Origin: Piromyces finnis finn | Taxonomy: Eukaryota; Fungi; Neocallimastigomycota | Reading direction: 5' to 3' | DNA length: 64,000 nt | Assembly: GCA_002104945.1 (NCBI GenBank) | Contig: MCFH01000008.1 | Span: 310,001-374,000 of the forward strand | Part shown: in pieces, positions 39,804-51,436 of the stretch | Position numbering within the stretch: position 1 is the stretch's first letter | Layout: the number at the start of each line of letters is the position of its first letter | Notes under the pieces: model-generated | What the model saw: only the letters and a program-made list of their open reading frames with translations | What the model was told of the DNA's origin: nothing | Databases searched by the model: none | Made by a program: the position numbers and the translations under genes

Positions 39804-40604
39804 ATTATTGGCACAACAAAAATAAACAAAAACACATCCGTTCACTACTATACTTGGGAAAAAAAAAAAAAAAAAAATCTATATCTTTTCTGTAATAAAT
39901 ATTCTTTTTTCACCCTAGTTTAACATGAACTTGGTGAATAATAATATTTAATCTATTAGTCTCTAAAAAAAAATAAATAAAAATAAAAAAAAAATTAAAA
40001 AATTAAAATAAAAAAAACGGAAATTTATTGATTTATTATTTTAACAATGTATACATCTCCTCTTTTAATAAGTTATGGAAATTTCAATGTTTGTGTAAAC
40101 ATGAATCTTTTCTTTAAAAACACCCACAGAAAGAGAGAGTTACGTAATGGCTTTAGATAAACATTTAAAAAAAAAAAACTGTCAAACGATTCTTTTTTCT
40201 TTTTTTTTAATTTATTTTTTTTTTAATTATTTTATTTATTTTTTTTACTATTAACAGGTTTTTGTTGAATCCATGTTTAAAATATGAATATATCAACATA
40301 AACAAGTTAATGGATAAATTAATTTTTTTAAAAAAAAGAAGAGATAAATTCTATATTTAATGTTACTTTTTTTTAATCAAATATTTTTTTTTAAATTATG
40401 ATCTTCAATAAAAATTATTGAATTAATATAAATAGAGGCGTGATGAAAAAAAAAAAAAATAAATAAAAAATTGATTACTAATATTTCTTTTTTTTTATTT
40501 ATAGTTTATTAAAAAAAAAAAAAGGTCTTTTTTTTCTTCAAGTGAATAAACGTTAAAAACCAAAAGTAATCAATTTTCCTTTTTTTAAAATAATATTTAA
40601 TTGT

Positions 40605-41018
40605 TTAAATATCATCGATTTCAAAGTCAAAGTTGCATTCTTCTTCTTCTTCACCAAGAATTTCACCTTCGTTAATCTTGGTGTTTTCTGGAAGTTCACC
40701 GTACTTCTTTAATGAAGAAGCTTCATCAGCAGTGTACTTAAGAATAACATCAGCCTTATCATCTTGGAAATCTCTTAATGAAAGTAAGACAAGATCACCT
40801 TGAACAATCCAAACCTTCTTTCTGAAGGCACCACGAATGTGAGCTAAACGCTTAACATTATCACAACATTGAGCTTCAACCCAACCGTTACCGAGCATTT
40901 TAGTAACAATAGCGTATTCTTGTCCTTCTTCCTTGAAAACGAGTTCTCTCTTTACAGATTCGTTTTCATTCTTTCCCTTCTTTCTGTTTTTTCCTCCCTT
41001 TCCCTTATTCTTTGGCAT
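40605..41018 (-). CDS. TIF11: Translation initiation factor eIF1A, intronless
   Basis: [49 protein letters not shown], with an acidic C-terminus. Confidence 0.98.
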   Translation of the reverse strand: MPKNKGKGGKNRKKGKNENESVKRELVFKEEGQEYAIVTKMLGNGWVEAQCCDNVKRLAHIRGAFRKKVWIVQGDLVLLSLRDFQDDKADVILKYTADEASSLKKYGELPENTKINEGEILGEEEEECNFDFEIDDI

Positions 41019-41113
41019 TTTTTATTATTTAAATTAAAAAAATACTATAATAATTATAAATAGAAATAATAAAAAATAAAAAAAAAAATTATTTCATTGA
41101 TTAATTTTTGTTT

Positions 41114-41144
<31 letters not shown>

Positions 41145-41586
41145 TATTGTTTTGTTTTGTTTTTAATACTAAAAAATAAAAAAAAAAAAAAAGTATTAAT
41201 TCAAATTAAGATATTTTTATCATTGAAATATCCCATTTTAAACTATTCTCTTTTTTTTTTTTAAATTGTTTCAACAAAACAACTAATAAATATTTATAAA
41301 TATATATAATAATAATAATCTTGCTAGATTTACCTTTTTTAATTTTTTTCAAGTGTAAAGAAAAAAAAAAAAAAAAAAAAAGATATTTTATTTATTTTAA
41401 AAATTAATATATAATTTTTTTTTTTTTCTAATGTTGAATAAAAAAAAATTTTATATATATTAAATTATATTTATAATATATTAATTTAATAAAAAAACTA
41501 AAGTATTCACATATAATACAAATAAATTTATTAATTAAAATTAAAATTATGGATTATTGTATTAATTAAAAAAAAAAGTTAGCCAA

Positions 41587-41632
41587 ATTCTACATTTACA
41601 TACATTAGTATTAATGTATGTAAATGTAGAAT
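41587..41632. repeat. Perfect 21-bp inverted repeat with 4-nt loop
   Basis: ATTCTACATTTACATACATTA-GTAT-TAATGTATGTAAATGTAGAAT; the arms are exact reverse complements. Confidence 0.92.
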
Positions 41633-41703
41633 GTAGTTGTAAATGGTTGATAAACTTTATAATGAAAAGAATCTTTTTTTTTTTTTTTGATTTCTATTGA
41701 TGA

Positions 41704-41710
41704 TGATTGG
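41704..41710 (-). promoter_or_regulatory. CCAAT box upstream of eIF1A
   Basis: TGATTGG, which is CCAATCA on the minus strand, about 690 bp upstream of the ATG. Confidence 0.35.
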
Positions 41711-42855
41711 TTGATGTATTGTATATTGTTCATTATTTTACCAATAATGAATAATAGAAAAAAAAAAGTTTATAGATGAACGAATGTAAAGGTGTGTATG
41801 TATGCGTGTGCATGGGTGGGAAAAAAAAAAAAAAGTAGTGGAAAAAAAGCTTTTGAAATATTTATAAAAAAAAAAAAAAAGGACATTCATGGCTAACTTT
41901 TTAAAAATAATAAATTTATGGTGTAATTTCAAACAAGAAAAATGTTAATTTTTATTGCTTAATTTTCAAAAGTACATAAAAAATAAAAATGCAGAAAATA
42001 GAATAAAAATTAAAATAATTAATATGAAATAAAAATATATAAAAAAAAAATTAATTTTCTTTGAAATATTATAACTACCTCATAGTTAAAAAAAAGTTTA
42101 TTTAATTCTCTAGTAAAACAAGCAATTCTAAAGTACGATTGCCAAAGTATACCTAAAGATATATATACTTTTTTAGTCATAAACAACCATACTCTTTATC
42201 TACTTCATCTTGAGATTAAATTTGACCTTCAATGAACCTGAATATTAATCTCATAAATTTGCTAAATAATGAAAACTTTTAATTTCTTTTCTAAATAAAA
42301 AAAACCTCCATAAAATATTACACACACACACACATAAAACCAATTTTCAATATTAAAAAAATACACCCACTCTAATTCCACACCCTTTCCTTTATATATT
42401 AAAATTTACATAAATTGCCACGTAAAAAATTATATACCAAAATGACTTTGTCTACTTTCCACTTTAAATTTTTACTTCTCCTTTTAAAATTCCTCTCCCA
42501 AAATAACATTATTTAGAAAACTTAACGATTCTTAAATTTACACTATTTTTTCCCTTCAGTGCTCATTCTTCACATAATTTCCTTTACTATTTAAAAATAA
42601 AAAAAATAATGTCTTAATTCGTTTTATAAAAAAACACTCTTAAAATTGGAATCTCATTTTATTCCATTTGAATAATATAAACATATTTCATTAATTAGTT
42701 TGAAAATTTTTTGTATTTTTGACTTTTTTTTTTTTGATTTTTTAAATTTTTCTTAACAATTGCAACCTTTATTATACTATTTTGATCTATTATAATATAA
42801 AAATCTACATTTGTTGTTTTAGGGTTATTAAAATAATTTATTGACTTTAATTGAT

Positions 42856-43515
42856 CTAGTCGAATAAACCTATTGTATTATAATATTATAATATAAAATA
42901 ATTTTATTATTTAGTAACATATTAAAATAAAATTTATGTGTATAAATTTTAAACTTACCGAAACCCATGTCACTGTCGGATTCTTCTTCTTCAGATTCTT
43001 CCTTCTTTTCTTCAGCAGCGGCTTCACCAGCAGCAGCAGCACCAGTGGCGGCAGCACCACCAGCAACAGCAACACCAGTACCAACGGAAGCGAGCTTGGA
43101 GTAACCAGCAGCAATTAACTAATATTAATAATATATATTATTTTAATATTTCCTTATTCTATCTCTACTTATTTTCAAATATTTAAATATTTACTTCGTT
43201 GGCATCACGACCGTTAATGGCTTCGAGAACTTCGGTGATGCGGGCTTCATCAACTTCACAACCAACGGAAGCAAGGATGTGGTTAATTTCCTATAATCAT
43301 AATAACATTTACATATGAGAATCTTGTAATAAAAATTTTATTTTTTATGTAATTAAGTTCAATTGCTTTATTACCTTGTTGTTGACTTTATCGTGACCAG
43401 CGAGCTTGGCAAGAAGGTAGGCAGCTAAGTATTTCCTATTTTATTATCAACATTTAAAACTTATTAATATACTTTCATATACATTATATAATTATTTTTA
43501 CTAAAATACTTACAT
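42856..43515 (-). CDS. RPP2: 60S acidic ribosomal protein P2, 5 exons, start codon split by an intron
   Basis: AT|GTAAGT..AATAG|G gives [87 protein letters not shown]. Confidence 0.95.
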
Positions 43516-44073
43516 GTTGACTGTTTTATTGAATTTTGTTATTATAGGTTATATTTTTAAATATAAATTATATAAAAATAGAATAGGTTAGAACTGACAT
43601 AAAATGCATAAGGCGTAAATAATAGATAATGTTGAATATTTTCGTAGTATTCCTTCTGTTATTTCATTATAAATTTTACATTTTTAAACATTTTATTCAT
43701 TTCAATCCTTTAAAAATTCATATGGATTGATTTACTGATAACGTTAACATGTTTTGATAAATATATAATTTCTAATAATTTAATAAATTTCAAAATGAAA
43801 ACTTTATATTATCAACTAATTCAACACGTTCACCATCATAAATATAAACAAAACTTTTTAAAATAATTTTAAATATAACATCATCATTAAAGGAAGGGCA
43901 TTAAAAATTTAATCTTTTTAATTCATCATTCATTCTTTATTAAATATTAAAACACATACTTAAAAACCGAACTTTTTAATAAGAAAAATTTGGTTTGATT
44001 TTGCAAGAGGGAGAAAATTACTAAATCAATACATTTTTTATTTTTTATTATTACAATAAAAATTTTCAATTAG

Positions 44074-44102
44074 CCAATCACATAAATATTTAATCCCAAT
44101 CA
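44074..44102. promoter_or_regulatory. Two CCAATCA boxes upstream of RPP2
   Basis: CCAATCA at 44074-44080 and 44096-44102. Confidence 0.4.
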
Positions 44103-44230
44103 ACTTAAAGTAATGTTAAATTGTTTAATGCTAAAATATTTTCCTACAAATTTTAAGTATTTCATCTACAAACGTAAAATAAAATTTTATATATTAAAAA
44201 CGATTTTTAAATAGAAACATTTTATTAAAT

Positions 44231-44254
44231 TTATTTATTTATTTATTTATTCAC

Positions 44255-44309
<55 letters not shown>

Positions 44310-44314
44310 TTCAC

Positions 44315-44377
<63 letters not shown>

Positions 44378-44418
44378 TTCACTTATTTAGTTATTTATTT
44401 ATTTATTTATTTATTTAT
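44231..44418. repeat. (TTTA)n microsatellite with periodic TCAC interruptions
   Basis: Tetramer array read directly from the sequence. Confidence 0.9.
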
Positions 44419-44999
44419 CAATTTGTCTTGCCATGCATTATTGTGTGTTATGTATTAATTATTATTAGTTTGTTTTTAAATTAAAGTAAAAGTCAAGTTT
44501 TATTGAAGTTTCTTTATAAAAAGTTCTATTTTATTATTATTATTTCTTTTATTTCTTTTTTCATTACTAACAAAAAATAAATATTAAGCAGCCCTGTCAA
44601 AGTTACACAATCTTTTTTTTTTAAAATACTTTGAATTTTTTAATCTTTTTTTATTTATACATGTGTATAAAATTCATTCCTTCTTTTTTTTTGCATTTTA
44701 ACGTATTTTTCATATTAAGTTTAAATGTTGGTATTATCATTCAGATTTTATTCTTATTTCTAGTATTATTATTGTAGTTGTTTATTATTTTTTTTTTATT
44801 TTTTTACTTTTAGTGGAGGTGATTGCATAATTTTCTTTTTTTTAACTGTACATTCTATTTTAAAAACTCTTATTAAAACTAGAATGTACATGAATATTTA
44901 ATAATAATAATATAAAAAATAAATTTAATTAAAAGCAAAAAAAAAATAAAATAAAAAATAAAAAAATAAAAAATAAAAAATAAACCAGATATAAAATAT

Positions 45000-45650
45000 T
45001 CTAGTAATTAAAGTAAGAAGGTCGGTCACATTTCTACTATAGTTGTAGTTGACATTGAACTTAGCATCAAAAATCAAATCTTATCAAGGAGCAAAATTAT
45101 GATTTCCATCGATTGTGTTAAGCTGTCCTATTATTTCTTCAGTATTGATGTATATGACTGTTGTTTTAACCTCTTTTGAACATTGATCATTGTTGGGCTA
45201 ACAATGAAAGGAATGATTTTGATTAAAAGTTTAATAATCATCATATTAGAATAATGATAACAGATACAATTTAACTACTTTAATAGATTACTGTAATTTT
45301 TTTTTATTATTATTATGAATTAAACAAGGTTATATTTTATTCTATTAGATTTCTGTAATTTTTTTTATTATTATTAAGAATTAAACAAGGTTATATTTTG
45401 TTTTATCAAGTAAGTATGTAATGAATTGATTCTTATATTTATTGTAAAAAAGGGTAAAAAGATCGTCAAGAAAGCTAAGAAATTCTGTACTCAGAGAACG
45501 CAGAACATTCTAATATCCAATGGTAAAAAGATTGTTCGTCATATCCGCAACATGAACAGAACCTACGAGTCATGAGGCATGGGAAGAATATGACAGAAAA
45601 AATCTTTTAATACTGCAATTTAATTTTCTCCATTTATCAAAAATATTACA
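45000..45650 (-). mobile_element. Degenerate non-LTR retrotransposon (LINE) ORF2 3' fragment
   Basis: Minus strand 45484-45558 encodes CSCCGYDEQSFYHWILECSAFSEYR, a C-x2-C-x8-H-x4-C zinc knuckle of the kind found C-terminal to LINE reverse transcriptases. Flanking frames carry stops and frameshifts. The boundaries are approximate. Confidence 0.7.
45284..45407. repeat. About 62-bp imperfect tandem duplication inside the LINE remnant
   Basis: TAGATT(A/T)CTGTAATTTTTTTT..GAATTAAACAAGGTTATATTTT occurs twice, starting at 45284 and 45346. Confidence 0.85.
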
Positions 45651-46268
45651 ATTAACATTGTTTTAGACTTGGGATAAAAAAAAGGAATACCTTATTTTAA
45701 TTTTTTTTAATATTGTATACAAAATTACCCAAAGTAATAAGATTTATTAAAAAAAAAGAAAAAAAAAAAAAAAACTGAAATAAGCCTAACAAAACTAATA
45801 CAACTTTATCTCGACAACTTTTCTTTTTATCAATACAACTTCGATACTTTTAAAGTTAGAATTTATTTATTAATAAATTTTTACACAAAAAAAAATGAAT
45901 ATAATAAATCAAGAGAAAATAATACCCTTACATATTCACTTTCCAACTATATATTAAATTATTAAATAATAGAAAATTAAAGTTTTTTTTTCTAATTTTT
46001 CATTTTTATTTGATTTTTATTTTTATTTTTTTTAAATCTAGTATTATTATTTACATATTAGGAAAAAAAAAAAAAGTAGACACATTGATATACTTTTTTT
46101 TTTTTTTCATTATTATTTTCATTTTCTATAATTATTTCTTTATTTTTTTAATTTTTTTTTTATTTTGTTATCATTTTCTCTTTGATAAGGTTTTTTAATA
46201 GATTTAATTCATAAAAAAAAAAAAAAAAATTATAAAACAATATTTAAATACTATAAAGATGTAAAAAT

Positions 46269-48423
46269 TTAAAGTTCATCCTTCTTAGCTTCTTTCTTAA
46301 TATCTAAAACTGGTTCCTTAGTGTAACTAAAGTTTCTACCACGACCATTTCTAACTTGTTTTAAGAAATCAGTAATACCTTCAACATCAAAAGCACCACG
46401 ATCAACACGGAAAATCTTTTGCTTGCCATTAATAATAAGGAAGCTTGGGAACATATCTGGTAAATCAAAGTCTCTAGCAAATTGCTTACCTCTAACAACA
46501 CCATTAATCCAAGCGAACTTGAATGGACCATTCTTTTCATGATTATTCTTCTTTAAAGTTTCTAAAATCTTCATTTCTTCTTCATGTTGTTTAACACTTT
46601 CTTCAAATTCTTCTTCGTAAGCTAAAACAGCAATAGCACAAGTACCAAAACCTTCAATACACTTTTTTAATTCTTCATCATTAGTAATTTCAGCAACCTT
46701 TGGATCAACTAATTAATATTTAAAACGTTAAATTTTAGTTTACTAATACACACTATTTAAAATTTTATAAGATTTATAATGATAATAGTATATACAATAT
46801 ATATTATATATATTATTATAATCATAAATCTTATTATTAAAATTTTCAATAATCCTATAACAACTTTATAATATCTAGTAATAAAAATAATAATTACATG
46901 GCTTTGGCTTTTCACCAAGAACAATCTTTTCAGTAGCTGGTGGAGCGTACTTGTCAAAGAATTCGGAAATACCTTGATGCTTCATAACACCTATTATAAA
47001 TTAATGGTTATATTAAACATCATATTGTTACAAGAAGAGAAAAAAATTATTTAAAAAAATGATTTTGTCATGGATATACGAAGCAACAATAATAAATAGA
47101 ACTACTATCGTTATTATTTTTTATAATAAAAATTATCGCAATATAAAAGTATTAAATCATTACCATCATAAACAATTGGTTCAGTGGTATCCTTGTTAAA
47201 GACAACAACAGATGGGAATTTTTCAATATTATATTTAGCGACAACATCAGAAACAGAATCCTTAACTTCACCTAATAAGATTCTCTTACTGTATTGAAGA
47301 GCTAAGGATTGGAAAAGAACTGGGGTTTTCATTTTGTTGGTGAATAAGATAGCTCTAGTGAAAGTGGTATCATTTATAAAAGTATCCATTTCTTCAGCAG
47401 AGCGAATCTTCTTAACAACATCAATAACCTTTCCGAGAACGAAATCAACGATTGGCTTAGCAGAACGTGGACCTTGGTAATCTATTATAATTTTTTTTAT
47501 ATCCATATCGATAGTAAAAATATTAATAAAAAAGTCAATTATTTAAATATATTCGTATATATATAGTTAGTTATTGTTATGTAGAGCATTGATTTTTTTT
47601 TTCGTTATTACTATTTAAAAAAAATACTCAAATACATACCAGTAATAGTTTGCTTTGTACGAACGTTACCAGTTGGATCAACAGAAAGTGGGTGGAAAAC
47701 CTTGACAGTTGGGAAACCTTGAATACCCATTTGACCACAAATTGGTTTGTTGGCATCTTCATCACAATTAACAGCGACAACCTTTGCTAAACCTCTTAAC
47801 TTTTCAGCAGCCTTCTTGTATTGTGGAGCTAAGTTTCTACAATGACCACACCATGGAGCATAGAATTCAGCAAGAACAACTTGCTATAAATGATAAAATA
47901 ATATTTTTTAAAAAGTTATTTCCATAATTATTGATAATTGTTTGGTTTATATCATATTTTCAATATTAAAATAATAAATTAATTTAAAATAAATTTTTAT
48001 TGATAATTTTGTATTTATTGTGAATAATAATGTTATTATTGTTGTTGTTGTTGTTATTGTTGAATAATATATTTGACCATTTATTTATATAATAATATTA
48101 TTTATAAGTAATGTATTTCAATTTTTAATTTAGTTTTACATATTATAGAATTTATTATATAGATGAATAAATAAAAAAAAAATAGTGTTATAATATTTAA
48201 TAAAAATGTTGTTATGGTAGTGTCAATAAAAAAAAAATAAATAATAATTCGACAGTGTTATAATTCTTAAAAAAAAAAAAAAAAAAAAACATACATCACT
48301 CTTAATAACTTCTTTTTGCCAGTTGTTTGGATTTATTTCCAAAATTGGATCTTCCTTAGTATAGAAAGCTAAGGCAGATGTAGTAAGAGCAACAAGAGAT
48401 CCAAATATTTTAGTAAACTTCAT
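46269..48423 (-). CDS. MPD1: ER protein disulfide isomerase, Mpd1/P5 (PDIA6)-like, 5 exons
   Basis: Signal peptide MKFTKIFGSLVALTTSALA, one EFYAPWCGHC active site (47839-47853), GFPTVK, DYQGPRSAK, and C-terminal KDEL. Confidence 0.9.
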
Positions 48424-49608
48424 CTACACATAAAATATAAATAATATATATTAAATATAAATATTAATATCTATTGTTATTATCACTAGCATTTTCATTC
48501 TATTCTAATTATCATTATTTCTATACTATTACTATAAAAAAAAAAAAGTAAAGATAATTATTTGTTTAATATTAAATTTTTTTACTAAATGTATCATTCA
48601 TTATTTTTTAATTTCATATATTTCAACGAAACAACATAAAATAAAATAAAATAAAAATATATACAAATATACAAATATAAATACAAATAATACAAATATA
48701 AATATAAATAAAAAATAAATAGTAGCATTACCTTTTTTTTTTATTTCTATATTATTATTTTAAATTAAATCTAGGTTTGATAAAAAAAGTTATAAGGAAA
48801 AAAAAAAGGTAAAGGTTTCTTGTGTTTTTTTTTTTTTTTTATTTAATGCAAATTTAATTTTTAATAATAAAATTAAAATTTTAAAAAAAATAAAGTATAT
48901 TCTAATATATACTAATAATATAATAAAATATATTGATTATTAATTAAATTTTTAATTAAAAATTAATTAATAACTTTTAATTAATTAAAATTTCTTTTTT
49001 GATTTCTTGTCAAAAAAAGAATGGTGAATGGAAAATGGTATAAAAGAACAGTAATAACAGCAACACTTAACGATTAAAAAAAAAAAAAGGAAGGAAGGAA
49101 GGATTGTCCTAAATCTATAAAATAGAAATCAAAAATAATTGTTGTTTATCAACTTTTTTGTAATTTGAATTTCTTAATTTCAAAAGTTTTTAAAAAATTA
49201 TTTTCAATCGTATTTTTTGACCGACAATAAAAAATGAATAGCATGCAAGGATTGAACTTTTTTTTTTTTTTTATTCTATTCTTCCACTACATTCCACATT
49301 ATTAATTGCAATAGTAATAAGTTTAATAGCTTCATGATATAAAATAATATTCTTTTTTTTTTTTTTTTATACTTTTCTTTTAGTATATAAAAAAAAAAAT
49401 CATTAATTTTTCTAAATTAAAAATTATAAAAATTCATTTTACATTATGAATACATTATTATGGGACGTGTAGTAAAATTATTGGCTTTTTTTTTTTCTTT
49501 TGTTTTAATTAATGGATATATTTTTGTAAAGAAACTGTCGGTATACTAATCTCAAATAAAGAAAAAACATAAAAAGTCAGCTATTATTACTAAATATGTA
49601 TAGGAGTA

Positions 49609-49650
<42 letters not shown>

Positions 49651-49731
49651 CTTGGGTATAATCAATCAAATATATAGGTAAAAATGTAAAAAAATAAAAA
49701 AATAAAAATAAATTCAAGTAGTTTAAAGATG

Positions 49732-49763
<32 letters not shown>

Positions 49764-49907
49764 GCAAAATATGTACAAAGTATCATAAATGATGAATTGT
49801 AGACTAATAAACTTTTTTCATCCTTATTTTATAATAATGGGGATTACGAAGAATTTCTATACTTTAATTTTATTAATTAAAAATTATAAAAAAAAAAAAA
49901 TCTTTAA

Positions 49908-50675
<768 letters not shown>

Positions 50676-51310
50676 TAATATTTATTAAAATGATAATCAT
50701 AAAAAAAATATAAATTAAATTTCTAAAAATGGCAATATACTACCTAAGAATATATAGTAGAAAGTATTAAAAACTATTAAAGTTCTAATTTTTTATTAAT
50801 ACAGTTAATTTCAAAAGGAAAAAAAGTTTATAAATCAAATCATTCTTATTCAAAAAAAATAAAAGTATTTAATAATAATGATAAATGGATTTTAACCTTA
50901 AAAGTTTTTTTTATAATTAAAGTTTACTGCCCAAATGTCTTAAATGCCTAAATCAAGACCTATTTATTCTTGTCCAAAGTTTGAAGGATTTTAATGATTT
51001 TTAAATAAATAGATCTATTCATGATAAATTTTTCTTTAAACTTGTCTTTTATTTATAGTTTGTCATTCCTTTGGATTATCTGTTTTTCTGTAGATTTTTA
51101 GAATACCTTTCTTATTTATTTCATAAAACATTTTTTTTTTAAATTTTAACTTTTTCATTCATCATTATAGCCTTTTAAAGTAATATTTTTTTTTTAAATT
51201 TGTTACATTTTTATTATTATTATTTTTATTTAATATTATTAATTAAAATATGAAAGCATTTATTAAAACTTTAATTATTTCCTTTTTTAAACATAAACAA
51301 ATAATAGAAG

Positions 51311-51315
<5 letters not shown>

Positions 51316-51391
<76 letters not shown>

Positions 51392-51436
51392 TGTATTGAT
51401 TGATTGATTTATTTACTTATTTATTCATTCATTCAT
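51316..51436. repeat. (TTTA)n/(TTGA)n/(TTCA)n microsatellite
   Basis: Tetramer array read directly. Confidence 0.85.

Noticed and set aside
45470-45590. Plus-strand frame GKKIVKKAKKFCTQR.. resembling a ribosomal protein fragment
   Set aside because: The opposite strand gives a much more specific CCHC zinc-knuckle match, so the plus frame is its antisense shadow.
3182-48423. Many short ORF-track entries antisense to or overlapping real exons and introns, e.g. 3182-3382, 4515-4727, 9070-9294, 27890-28078, 42936-43118
   Set aside because: Off-frame or antisense shadows of identified genes, or translations of homopolymer-rich DNA.
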